DNA of 64,000 nt from Spirochaetota bacterium (GTDB lineage: Bacteria; Spirochaetota; UBA4802; JAFGDQ01): assembly GCA_043803405.1 (NCBI GenBank), contig JAZDKB010000036.1:64001-128000 (forward strand), written 5' to 3'. The stretch's first letter is position 1; every line of letters starts with the position of its first letter. Positions 50,231 to 60,005 of this stretch are shown piece by piece. Made by a program: the position numbers and the translations under genes. The notes beneath the pieces were generated by a model that saw only the letters and a program-made list of their open reading frames with translations, made no database searches and had not been told where the DNA came from.

Positions 50231-51091
50231 TTATTTGGAATAATTATACCAGCCTTTGCCGGTCTTTTTGCCGAGCTTTCCGGATGTTACCATGTGTTTA
50301 AGGGATAGAGGCAGATTCCATTTTAATTCTTTGGGTAATTCTTCGAAAAAATATTTAATAACGTGATAATTGATATCAAGTCCCGTGAAATCCATAAGTT
50401 CAAACGGTCCCATAGGATAGTTAAGGCCGAGTTTTGCCGCTTTGTCTATATCCTCAATAGATGCTATGCCTGTTTCGTAAAGTTTTAATGCTTCTACCGT
50501 AACTGCGAGCATAAGCCTGTTTACAAGGAAGCCGGGCATATCGACTTTAACTTCTACTGCTTCTTTCCCCATTTTCTTTGTAAGTTCAAGAGTTGTCTTG
50601 ATTGTTTCATCGCTTGAACTCATGCCTCTTATAACTTCAACTAATTTCATAAGTGGAACAGGATTAAAGAAGTGCATACCTACTACTTTATCAGGTTTTT
50701 TTGTTGCTGTTGCAATTTCCGTAATGGACATTGAAGAAGTATTCGAAGCAAGGATGACTTCCGGTCTTGTGATCTGATCGAGTTCAGCAAAAACTTTTTT
50801 CTTAACATCCATGATCTCCAGAACAACTTCGATTACAAAGTCGACGTTCTTAAGATCTTCCATCTTTGTGGTGCCTCTGATTCTTCCCATGACCGCTTTC
50901 TTGTCATCAGCACTCATTTTACCTTTTTCTACTGATTTAGAAAGCATTTTGTCGATATTCTTCATCCCGTTATCTACAAATCTGTCTTCAATATCTCTCA
51001 TGACGACATTGTAGCCGGCCTGCGCTGCAACCTGGGCTATTCCATTCCCCATAGAACCAGCGCCAACAACTCCGATTGTTTTGATCTCCAT
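50231..51091 (-). CDS. hbd: 3-hydroxybutyryl-CoA dehydrogenase
   Basis: GAGSMGNGIAQ, ASNTSS, GMHFFNPVP, PGFLVNR, YPMGPF, GKKTGKGWY. Confidence 0.92.
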   Translation of the reverse strand: MEIKTIGVVGAGSMGNGIAQVAAQAGYNVVMRDIEDRFVDNGMKNIDKMLSKSVEKGKMSADDKKAVMGRIRGTTKMEDLKNVDFVIEVVLEIMDVKKKVFAELDQITRPEVILASNTSSMSITEIATATKKPDKVVGMHFFNPVPLMKLVEVIRGMSSSDETIKTTLELTKKMGKEAVEVKVDMPGFLVNRLMLAVTVEALKLYETGIASIEDIDKAAKLGLNYPMGPFELMDFTGLDINYHVIKYFFEELPKELKWNLPLSLKHMVTSGKLGKKTGKGWYNYSK

Positions 51092-51784
51092 AATAATTCC
51101 TCCAGAATTTATGTATTTATTTGTTATTTAGATGATATTTAATTTATATATTAAAAATAAAACATATAAAAATTAAATATTCTGAATTTATTGTTTATAA
51201 CGTTAAATACATAACATGGAAAGTCAACAAAAAATTCCGAGGCTGCCACCTGGCGAACTCAGCATTATTGCAATTTTCCAGTTTGGCCCATCAGCAGTAT
51301 TTTCACAGATTCGATCCGGCTTAAATGCAGCAGTCAGTCTTTTTTCACGTATCTTCTATAGTAAAAAATCCTTAAACATTTTCATGGTTTTGCAGATGTT
51401 TTTACTTTTGCGAGCCCGCACAATCTAAATTCAGTTTTATATCTCCTGTAAAAAAAACCGGAATCGCTTTTAAAAATTTAAACTTCTTATGGGGATTATC
51501 CTTGGTTAAAATAATACTCCTTTATTTTTGTGCTATAGAAATGGTTGATAAATCTCATTAGATAATATCTATTTGAATTGAACAGCTATCGATTGATCGG
51601 TAGAATTAATGATGAAAAAAGTCAATCATAATTTTAAATTTTTCTATATTTTTTCGGGTTTCAGCGTAAATCAGGGATTAAAAGATTAAAAAATATATCT
51701 GATAAAACATAGAGATTAAAATGTGTTCAAATCCGTCAAGTTCACCAGGAAATTGCTTTTTATATTTAAAAACAGGCAAAAAAA

Positions 51785-52348
51785 TTATCTTTCTTTATTT
51801 TTAGTGAAAAATTGGGAAATCTTTAATATACGAAATAAAAAGACTGTACATAATCCTAAAATAATACCGACTGCCGCACCTGCAAAGATATCCGAAGGGT
51901 AATGCTTAACAAGAATAATCCTTGATGCTGATATCAATAAGGAATTTAACAAAAGCAAATACCAGTGCCTTTTAATGTATAAAAAATATACAATAAAAAA
52001 AGCAAAAATATTAGACGCATGATTTGACGGCATTGAATAATCTTTATCGGTTAATTGCTTTTCCTGATTTTGAAGTTTCATGTTTGTGCCGATGTTCAGT
52101 TCTATTGAGGGTCTTGGACGGCCGATTAATGGCTTGAGCACCCTGTAGCATATTATATCTGAAGCAGCAACAGACATAAGGGCGGCAAATAAAAAAATAA
52201 AAGCTACGTGTTTTACTTTTACGAATGCATAAGTGATAAATACAGCACATGTAATAAAAATATATATTCTGCTGCTTATGATTTGTGAAGCATCAAAAAG
52301 CAGGGTATCCTTAAAAGTCAAAAAAAATTTCGCTATTTCCTGTTCCAA
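51785..52348 (-). CDS. PAP2 family phosphatase
   Basis: K-x4-RPRP, SMPSNHA, SRIILVKHYPSD. Confidence 0.88.
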   Translation of the reverse strand: MEQEIAKFFLTFKDTLLFDASQIISSRIYIFITCAVFITYAFVKVKHVAFIFLFAALMSVAASDIICYRVLKPLIGRPRPSIELNIGTNMKLQNQEKQLTDKDYSMPSNHASNIFAFFIVYFLYIKRHWYLLLLNSLLISASRIILVKHYPSDIFAGAAVGIILGLCTVFLFRILKISQFFTKNKER

Positions 52349-52487
52349 TATAAATTATCTCATTGTTTAATAAATAATGCTTAAACTATTTTCGGCGGAA
52401 ATACAATAATATTTATTTTCTAACGAAAGTCAAATAAATTAAAGTTCTTCTATTCGCTTTAAAAATAAGCAGTAAATCAAAAAGCAA

Positions 52488-52516
52488 TTGACGTTGAAGT
52501 TAGATTTATCTAAATT
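52488..52516 (+). promoter_or_regulatory. Sigma70 promoter with overlapping DtxR/MntR-type operator
   Basis: TTGACG (52488)-N17-TAAATT (52511); palindrome TTAGAT-TT-ATCTAA at 52500-52513. Confidence 0.7.
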
Positions 52517-52573
52517 TATTATAAAAGAATAATTTTATTAAATAAGCTTATTATAACTAGAGGACCTGAAAAA

Positions 52574-53278
52574 ATGGGAACAGTTGAAAAACTAATTGAT
52601 CGTACATTTGAAGACACGAGTCTCACTTCTCATATGCAGGATTACCTTGAAACTATAGAAATTCTTTCTAGAACTCAAAAGGTAGTCCGCGTAAAGGATA
52701 TTGCCAAAAATCTGAACATTAAAATGCCGAGTGTTACTGCTGCCCTCCATAAACTTGAAGAAATGGGTCTAATAAACTATGAAAGATACGGCTATGTTGA
52801 TTTAACCGGAAAAGGCAAAAAAATTGCCGAGAACGTTTATGACAGGCATACGTTTCTATCTGAATTTTTTAATAAAATTTTAAAGATCGAAAGAAAAAGA
52901 GCGGATGATGTTGCCTGCCGTGTAGAACATCAGCTCACATCCGAAGCGTGCAAACAGATTTTTAAATTAATAGAATTCTTTAAATCGGAAAAAAATAATA
53001 ATGAGAACTGGACAGAGAGACTTAGAAATGTTCTTGAAGAAAGAGCGCTTTCCGAGCTCCGCCAGGGAGATGAATCAATAATTTTACGTATTGCCGGATC
53101 CAGTCCTTTTAAAAAAAGGCTTGGAGAGATGGGATTCAGAAAAGGCGAACTTATTAAAGTAATTAAATACGCTCCTTTAAAGGATCCTCTTGAAATTAAA
53201 ATAAAGGATTATAATATTTCTTTAAGAGTTGATGAAGCAAAAGATATAATTGTTAAACCGGTAATAGACCAGGAGTAA
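52574..53278 (+). CDS. DtxR/MntR-family metal-dependent repressor fused to FeoA
   Basis: QDYLE.I, PSVT, LTGKG..IA, RH..L, ACRVEH; C-terminal RLGEMGF..G......APLKDP.....ISLR.DEA. Confidence 0.9.
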   Translation: MGTVEKLIDRTFEDTSLTSHMQDYLETIEILSRTQKVVRVKDIAKNLNIKMPSVTAALHKLEEMGLINYERYGYVDLTGKGKKIAENVYDRHTFLSEFFNKILKIERKRADDVACRVEHQLTSEACKQIFKLIEFFKSEKNNNENWTERLRNVLEERALSELRQGDESIILRIAGSSPFKKRLGEMGFRKGELIKVIKYAPLKDPLEIKIKDYNISLRVDEAKDIIVKPVIDQE

Positions 53279-53282
53279 ATAA

Positions 53283-55616
53283 ATGCATAAGAAGAAAATT
53301 GTGGTTGGCCTGGCAGGGAATCCGAATAGCGGGAAAACAAGCATTTTTAATTCATTGACCGGAGCAAGGCACAAAGTAGCAAACTGGAGCGGAGTAACTG
53401 TTGAAAAAAGGGAGGGCACCTGCATTCATAAAGGATATGTGTTAAAAATTGTAGATCTTCCCGGCACATACAGTCTTAGCTCATACAGCATTGAAGAAAT
53501 AGTAGCGCGCGATTTTATTATAGGAAGTCATTACGGAATTTCCTGCCATATAGATATTCACGGCAGACATCGCCATAGAAGGCCCAGAAACAACAGGAAT
53601 ATTTCTGACCAGAATGATGATCTTAATACAGAAAAGATGAGTGATCCGAATACCCGCCCGGATGTAATAATTAATGTTGTAGATGCCGGTAATCTGGACA
53701 GGAATCTTTACCTGACCACACAGCTTATTGACATGAGGGCAAAAGTTGTAATGGCTTTAAACATGTTCGATGAGGCCGAATCGAAGGGAGTGATAATAAA
53801 TTCCGAAACGCTGGGACAGCTTCTTGGCATGAATGTGGTAAAGACAATAGCCAGCAGGGACAAAGGAATATATGAGTTAAAAGATGCTGTTTTGAATGTC
53901 GCGCTGGAGCAAAGCGAAATGGCACGGCATATTCATATTAATTACGGCGAAGACATTGAAAGAGAAATTAAAAAAATCCAGGAAATTATCAGGTCCGACA
54001 AGGGAATGGCTCAAAAATATTCCACGCGCTGGCTTGCTCTTCAGCTGATTGAAGGAGATGAGGATGCAGGACAAAAAATAAATATTTTTAATAATTCCGG
54101 AGACATATTATCCCAGTCCGAAAAAAGCAGGCGCATGATAGAAAATAAATATAATGATAATATTGAGACCCTTATTACGGATATGCGCTATGGTTTTATA
54201 GCAGGAGCCATCAAAGAAGCAGTAAAAAAGACCGCTCCCAGGAGAAGGGATTTTACCGAAAAGATCGATAAAATTATCACACATCAGTATCTGGCTTTTC
54301 CAATTCTTATTTTTTTTCTATGGATGCTTTTTGAGCTCACTTTTACTCTTGGCCAGTATCCGATGAATCTTATTGAAAAAGGCGTGACTTTATTAAGCGC
54401 TTTATTCAGCAACCTGCTGCCAGATAGCCCGTTTAAAAATCTTATTGTAGACGGAATCCTGGGCGGAATAGGCGGCGTTATTGTATTTCTTCCTAATATT
54501 CTTATCCTGTTCATGGGCATAAGTTTTATGGAGGATACGGGTTACATGGCAAGGGCGGCCTTTATTATGGACAAGATTATGCATAAGATAGGGCTCCACG
54601 GCAAATCATTCATTTCCCTTGTGATGGGATTCGGATGCAATGTGCCTGCGATAATGGCTACGAGATCATTGGAAAACACAAGGGACAGAATACTTACTAT
54701 ACTTATTAATCCGTTCATGAGCTGTTCAGCAAGGCTCCCTGTTTATATTTTATTCGCAGGAACATTCTTCGGTGCACACGCCGGCGCAGTGGTTGCTTCT
54801 TTATATGCCGTAGGAATTATATTAGCCTTTATTTCAGCTAAATTATTCACAATGATTTTTTTCAGGGGCCAATCCACTCCGTTTGTAATGGAACTGCCTC
54901 CATACAGGCTTCCGAGTTTAAAAACGACACTGCTGCACATGTGGGACAGGGGATCATTATATTTGAAAAAGGTGGCCGGAGCAATCCTGATTTTTTCAAT
55001 AATAATCTGGGTATTAAGCGCTTATCCGAAATCAACTGAAATAGGAAACAGGTATTCGAATTTAATAAATCAATCAAATAAGACTTATGAGTCTGACAGT
55101 ATAAAGATAATTAAAAAATACGGCAGGAATTCGGAAGAGCTTAAAATTCTTACCATGAACTATAATAACAATCTGGAAAAACTGCATATTGAAAAAAAAT
55201 CCGAAGAGATGAGATATACCTTTATAGGCAGATTCGGCAGTGCTGTGTTCCCTTTAATTAAGCCGCTGGGATTTAACTGGCAGATGGGCATTTCTCTTAC
55301 AACGGGATTCGCAGCAAAGGAAATCGTAGTAAGCACCATGAGCGTTCTTTACCATACTTCGGATGAAGGGGAGAATAAAAGCTCCAAGAAAACACTTCGC
55401 GAAGTATTAAAAAATAAAGAATACGGGATAACCCCTTTAATCGCCTACACATTTCTGCTATTTGTGCTTTTGTACGTTCCGTGTATCGGCACTGTGACGG
55501 TTATAGGCAGAGAGGCTGGCTGGCAATGGGCATTGTTTTCGGTTGCGTATCAAATAACGATTGCATGGATTGTATGTTTTATTTTTTATAATACAGGATT
55601 ACTGCTGGGGTTTTAA
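53283..55616 (+). CDS. feoB: Ferrous iron transporter FeoB
   Basis: GNPNSGKT, NWSGVTVEK, DLPGTYSL, NMFD, GFGCNVP, PFMSCSAR, FVMELPPY, AKEIVV, LYVPC. Confidence 0.97.
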   Translation: MHKKKIVVGLAGNPNSGKTSIFNSLTGARHKVANWSGVTVEKREGTCIHKGYVLKIVDLPGTYSLSSYSIEEIVARDFIIGSHYGISCHIDIHGRHRHRRPRNNRNISDQNDDLNTEKMSDPNTRPDVIINVVDAGNLDRNLYLTTQLIDMRAKVVMALNMFDEAESKGVIINSETLGQLLGMNVVKTIASRDKGIYELKDAVLNVALEQSEMARHIHINYGEDIEREIKKIQEIIRSDKGMAQKYSTRWLALQLIEGDEDAGQKINIFNNSGDILSQSEKSRRMIENKYNDNIETLITDMRYGFIAGAIKEAVKKTAPRRRDFTEKIDKIITHQYLAFPILIFFLWMLFELTFTLGQYPMNLIEKGVTLLSALFSNLLPDSPFKNLIVDGILGGIGGVIVFLPNILILFMGISFMEDTGYMARAAFIMDKIMHKIGLHGKSFISLVMGFGCNVPAIMATRSLENTRDRILTILINPFMSCSARLPVYILFAGTFFGAHAGAVVASLYAVGIILAFISAKLFTMIFFRGQSTPFVMELPPYRLPSLKTTLLHMWDRGSLYLKKVAGAILIFSIIIWVLSAYPKSTEIGNRYSNLINQSNKTYESDSIKIIKKYGRNSEELKILTMNYNNNLEKLHIEKKSEEMRYTFIGRFGSAVFPLIKPLGFNWQMGISLTTGFAAKEIVVSTMSVLYHTSDEGENKSSKKTLREVLKNKEYGITPLIAYTFLLFVLLYVPCIGTVTVIGREAGWQWALFSVAYQITIAWIVCFIFYNTGLLLGF

Positions 55617-55620
55617 AGAT

Positions 55621-55971
55621 ATGGTAATGAATAAAGAAAAATTATTGTCGCTTATTCTGGATAGCTGGAATAAACCCCTTGTCTTTGTCGATGCTGATCA
55701 TATTATTCGATATATGAATGAACCCGCTAAAAAGCATTATGCTGTCTGGGGTGACTGTACTGGGAAAAGCATATTCGCTTGCCATAATGAAAATTCATGT
55801 GCTATAATAGATAATGCCTATAAACAACTGGCAAACGGAGCAGAGGAAGTTTTATTTTCCGGGTCTGAAAAACAGCGCGTGTACGTTCGGGGCGTCAGGG
55901 ATGAAAACGGGAAATTAATCGGATATTATGAAAGATATGAACCTGTGTGCATAAACCAGGAGCCGGAATAA
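55621..55971 (+). CDS. Small stand-alone PAS-domain protein
   Basis: ILDSWNKPLVFVDADHIIRYMN, GKSIFACH, VRDENGKLIGYYE. Confidence 0.75.
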   Translation: MVMNKEKLLSLILDSWNKPLVFVDADHIIRYMNEPAKKHYAVWGDCTGKSIFACHNENSCAIIDNAYKQLANGAEEVLFSGSEKQRVYVRGVRDENGKLIGYYERYEPVCINQEPE

Positions 55972-56114
55972 TTTTATATTATTTTCGCCGGAATTCAAAC
56001 TTTACGGCTTGTTTTATTCTATTAAATTTTACTTGACTCCAATAGAATATACATTGTATTATTTTATTATAAATGATCATTAACATTCACTTAACAAAAA
56101 AATAAAATTAACCA

Positions 56115-56891
56115 ATGCCTATATCTGTTTCAATTATCTGCTTTAACGAAGAAAAAAAAATCCGCCGTTGCCTTGAGAGCGTAAAATGGGCGGATGAAAT
56201 CCTTATACTGGATTCGTTCTCGACCGACAAAACGCTCGATATTTGCAGGGAATATACCGATAAAATTCATCAGCATGAATTTGACGGGCATATCCAGCAG
56301 AAAAACAGGGCGATCAGCCTTTGCAAATACGACTGGGTGTTCTGCATTGATGCAGACGAGGTTGTAAGTGAAGAGTTAAAGGAATCGATCAAGAATTTAA
56401 ACACCTGGGCCTCAGAGAGCATGGGGTTTTCTTTCCCCCGTAAAGTATTTTATCTGGGTAAGTGGATAAAACACGGCGGATGGTACCCGGATTACAAAGT
56501 AAGGTACTTCCACAAGAAGTTCGGGAAGTGGGGCGGCATAAATCCGCACGATAAAGTAATACTTATCGGCACATCCATGAAGCTGAGAGGCGACCTGCTT
56601 CATTATCCGTACGACAGCATAAAAGCGCATCTTGATCAGGTAAATAAATTTACCGATATTATGGCAGTGGAATATGCAAAGATTGGAGAAAAACCGTCTC
56701 TGATAAATTTTACATTAAGGCCGCTTTTCAAATTTATTAAAATGTATTTCTTAAAGCGGGGTTTCCTGGACGGGAAAAGGGGCTTTATTATTGCAGTAAT
56801 CGCATCTTTTTATGTGTTTATGAAGTTCGCCAAATTATTTGAGAATAAGATTGAAGAAGAGGCAAAGGATTCTGAAAAGGGGCTAAGCTAA
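56115..56891 (+). CDS. Glycosyltransferase family 2 (LPS WaaE/KdtX-like)
   Basis: NEE..I..CL.S, DSFSTD, IDADE, GGWYPD, HYPY, GFLDG. Confidence 0.92.
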   Translation: MPISVSIICFNEEKKIRRCLESVKWADEILILDSFSTDKTLDICREYTDKIHQHEFDGHIQQKNRAISLCKYDWVFCIDADEVVSEELKESIKNLNTWASESMGFSFPRKVFYLGKWIKHGGWYPDYKVRYFHKKFGKWGGINPHDKVILIGTSMKLRGDLLHYPYDSIKAHLDQVNKFTDIMAVEYAKIGEKPSLINFTLRPLFKFIKMYFLKRGFLDGKRGFIIAVIASFYVFMKFAKLFENKIEEEAKDSEKGLS

Positions 56892-57001
56892 AAACGGTAG
56901 CCGTGTGAATTTCCTGATCGATTGCTGATATAAGGCGCTCATTTCGACATAATTTTGCCGCCTGCGGCGTCAAGATCAGTCAATGAGCGTAGTGAATCAT
57001 T

Positions 57002-57670
57002 TTAAAACTCGTCGTTTATTCTGAACAGAAAGCATACATCAATAAAACCTTCGTACTGTTTCCCCACCACATCATCCCATGATTTATCCCGTATTTCAGC
57101 TTCTCCTCCATGAGAGCTGTACCTGAACCCGGCATCAAAGCATAAAGACAATCTATTATCATAATTATAATTGATGCCTGCTATTGCTCCTATTGAGAAA
57201 AATACCGTCCAGAAACTGTTGTATTCATATACGCCGGAAGTTTGCATATCATATTCAGCTTCCATCATTCCGAATCCTATTTGAGGGCCGGCCCAAACCC
57301 GTATATCCTCGCTTCTGTAAACGCCAAAGCCAAAACTGTTATAACAATGGAACTCGGTGCCTTTAAGATCGGGAACGCCTGAATCATTATACAATTTTAT
57401 ATATGCGCCGCCAAGATTCAACCTGTAATTGAAAAGCCTGTCGTATGCCAGAGCCGTATCCAGTATGAATCCGCCCCCTGCTTTGTATCCGTTGGATTTA
57501 TGGCTTATTTCCTCATCGGTATAAGAATAGTCGTAATTCTGATACGTCCAGTTATAATGACTGACTGAGCCTGTCAGGTATACTCCAAGCCCGATCGCTT
57601 TTACCGGAGACGATAATAACATAATGCTTGCCGCCGCAACGCCTGCGATAATAACCACTCTGCTTTTCAT
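57002..57670 (-). CDS. Putative outer-membrane beta-barrel protein
   Basis: Signal peptide (VKA cleavage site), amphipathic aromatic strands, terminal Phe; RBS before ATG 57670. Confidence 0.65.
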   Translation of the reverse strand: MKSRVVIIAGVAAASIMLLSSPVKAIGLGVYLTGSVSHYNWTYQNYDYSYTDEEISHKSNGYKAGGGFILDTALAYDRLFNYRLNLGGAYIKLYNDSGVPDLKGTEFHCYNSFGFGVYRSEDIRVWAGPQIGFGMMEAEYDMQTSGVYEYNSFWTVFFSIGAIAGINYNYDNRLSLCFDAGFRYSSHGGEAEIRDKSWDDVVGKQYEGFIDVCFLFRINDEF

Positions 57671-57692
57671 GATATACTCCTTATGTTTTTTA

Positions 57693-57734
57693 TGCAGATA
57701 AGCATACTTAACAGGCGAATTGTCACAAAAAAAT
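57693..57734 (-). promoter_or_regulatory. Conserved upstream motif, copy 1 (TGTGAC-N19-CTTA)
   Basis: Plus strand TAAG-N10-AGGCGAATTGTCACAAAAAAAT. Confidence 0.7.
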
Positions 57735-57749
57735 AACAAAATATATGAT

Positions 57750-58121
57750 TTATTCCTTCACTTTATAGGACTTAATATCAATAGTGCCCGACCACTGGTT
57801 CGTGTATGTTATCTTGCCGTCAGCTTCTATTATTTTATTATTTAAACTCTTCATCTCGTTTTCCATGTCTCCGATAACCTTTAATGTTTTTCTTGATCTG
57901 GATGTCCAGTTGACAACAAAATATACTGCATCATTTTGAACTTCTATTTTACCTGTGTTTTCCGCAGCTTTTATTTTGCTTTTGTCTTTTATTGAAATAT
58001 TTGAGACGCTGACTTTTTCTGTATTATTACTATCCGGATTCTTTTTTACTCCATTCCCTGAGCATTGCGAAATAAAGAGCAAACTGATAAAAGCGATAAA
58101 ATATTTTTTAATTATTTTCAT
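57750..58121 (-). CDS. Hypothetical lipoprotein
   Basis: MKIIKK + hydrophobic stretch + ISQC lipobox-like. Confidence 0.6.
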   Translation of the reverse strand: MKIIKKYFIAFISLLFISQCSGNGVKKNPDSNNTEKVSVSNISIKDKSKIKAAENTGKIEVQNDAVYFVVNWTSRSRKTLKVIGDMENEMKSLNNKIIEADGKITYTNQWSGTIDIKSYKVKE

Positions 58122-58159
58122 GATTTTTTCTTTTGTACTTAATTTTTTAAATTTGTAAG

Positions 58160-58202
58160 ATAAAAGCAAATTCCAGATAGTTATTCCGGAATTTGCTTTT
58201 AT
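58160..58202. terminator. Hairpin/terminator downstream of the clostripain gene
   Basis: 15-bp IR ATAAAAGCAAATTCC / GGAATTTGCTTTTAT. Confidence 0.6.
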
Positions 58203-58245
58203 ATGTAAATATCTTTTGATTGTGTTATGTACTGATTTTAATATT

Positions 58246-59727
58246 TTATGGTAATGTCTCTCTCCATAATCTGTACAATAATCCGGGTCCTACAATGCTG
58301 CTTCCGCTATAATGGGCAACCCAATTATTATTTGCATCCTGAACAAAATCGACAGGATATGTGCTTGAATAACCATTGCAATAGTCATACCACATATTTC
58401 CACCATAACCAGAACTGTTTATATAGGTAAAATGTATAGCCAGTCCATGTGAGTTCGGATTGCCAGTATCAATAGTTCCGCTCGTATTGTGCCACTCTTT
58501 AACAATGCATCCTTCAATTGCTGTTTTTAAAGCAGTACAGTGTAACGTTGAGTTTGTGTAAGTATAAGTATTTTGTATTCTGTCAGCTAAATGCCATAAG
58601 TCGATATTATAATCAGAACTATAACCAGCGCAGTAATATTCAACATCATTCCATATGGTATTGAAAACATTATCTCTAATTGTATCTGTGCTAATGGCAT
58701 TATATAAACTTTCTGAAAAAGTATTTAAAGCAGAATAGACGTCGCTGACTTTTGATAGGTCGAGTGCTGATAATGTTGTACCAGAATAAGTGATATAATA
58801 TAAGCCATACGAATCAACTATTGCATTGCACATATCATCTGCTGTCTTGCCGACTGAGTCTTTAAATGATGTTAGCCATGCTTCGTAATTCCAGCCGTCA
58901 CCAGGTATTGTTTCTTCAGAAGCAATCATATAACTGGCATTGTCCTTTAATTCATAAGCTACTTCGATCATACCCATTAAACAGGCATCGAAACCGATTA
59001 TGCTAAGTCCTTTGCCTGCAACCGCGCTTTTAACTTCACTCATATAAAGCGTATCGTCTCCGTTGGTATCATCCCAGCACACCGCTTTTGCTAATGATGA
59101 CTTATTTTCTTTAAGAATACTTACCTCAGAGATAGATGACAATGTTTTAAGGCCTGATTTTATATTGTTTATTATATTTTTATTTTTCCAGCCGCCACCG
59201 TGATTCCAGAGTATTAAAGCATAATTAGTAGCCGGAAAATATGTTTTGCAGTAATCAATATATTTAGACAATGTTTGAGGATCACCCATGTTTAACTCGA
59301 CATCGGATGCTTCCGGTATGCCTAAAGACGTTGATCCCAGCCTTTTTGACACAATTGCTTCATTTGCCGATCCGGCAGAGTCGTATGCCACTTCGTATAT
59401 TCTAGTACCTGTCCAGTCAGGACTGCTTGTATAGTAAGCCGGAGCTCTGTCGAACAACGTAATAACATTAATGCTGCTACCAGTCAGGTTTACAGCTTCC
59501 ATTTCATTTAAATCTGTTAAGGCTGCTTGCTCAAGATTGTTATCTCCATCAAGATATACTATTATTGTCCAGTTTTTTGTTGTGGTAACTGATGGATCGG
59601 TAATCACTACTCCCCCTCCGCCACCGCTGCTGCTTCCCCCTCCTCCGCATGAAAATGCACACATTGAAAAAGCAATTCCAACTACCAATGTTCTAAAAAA
59701 CATTTTAAGCCTGGTTTTTTGAAACAT
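58246..59727 (-). CDS. Clostripain (peptidase C11) family lipoprotein
   Basis: WTIIVYLDGDNNLE, NMGDP.TL, WNHGGGW (His), GFDACLMG..EVAY (Cys), SEE..PG.GW; AFSC lipobox; GGAGG RBS before ATG 59727. Confidence 0.9.
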   Translation of the reverse strand: MFQKTRLKMFFRTLVVGIAFSMCAFSCGGGGSSSGGGGGVVITDPSVTTTKNWTIIVYLDGDNNLEQAALTDLNEMEAVNLTGSSINVITLFDRAPAYYTSSPDWTGTRIYEVAYDSAGSANEAIVSKRLGSTSLGIPEASDVELNMGDPQTLSKYIDYCKTYFPATNYALILWNHGGGWKNKNIINNIKSGLKTLSSISEVSILKENKSSLAKAVCWDDTNGDDTLYMSEVKSAVAGKGLSIIGFDACLMGMIEVAYELKDNASYMIASEETIPGDGWNYEAWLTSFKDSVGKTADDMCNAIVDSYGLYYITYSGTTLSALDLSKVSDVYSALNTFSESLYNAISTDTIRDNVFNTIWNDVEYYCAGYSSDYNIDLWHLADRIQNTYTYTNSTLHCTALKTAIEGCIVKEWHNTSGTIDTGNPNSHGLAIHFTYINSSGYGGNMWYDYCNGYSSTYPVDFVQDANNNWVAHYSGSSIVGPGLLYRLWRETLP

Positions 59728-59764
59728 AGTTTTAAACCTCCGTTTTAAATTTATATCAAGTATC

Positions 59765-59806
59765 TGCATATAAGTATCCTTTGCAGGCGAATCGTCACAA
59801 AAAAAT
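59765..59806 (-). promoter_or_regulatory. Conserved upstream motif, copy 2
   Basis: Plus strand TAAG-N10-AGGCGAATCGTCACAAAAAAAT. Confidence 0.7.
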
Positions 59807-60005
59807 TAATACTATTGCAGTATTTTTTTAATGAAAACGCCATATTATAAACATAAACATTGGATTTTCATTTTTTATAGGATATGGAAATAATAAAAAA
59901 TTCGTCAATAATATTTTATTATTATATTTTATGAATTATTGACGATTTATTTTTATTAAAATTAAAATAATTTAATTCGGTGAAAATAAAAACGGAGGAT
60001 TTATT

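Noticed and set aside
51216..51460. 70-aa ORF or c-di-GMP-like riboswitch upstream of hbd
   Set aside because: A hairpin and TGGCAGCC are present on the minus strand, but I could not match the c-di-GMP-I core; needs an Rfam scan.
59620..59650. G/C-rich low-complexity tract as a phase-variation site
   Set aside because: Encodes a Gly/Ser lipoprotein linker with mixed codons; no long homopolymer.
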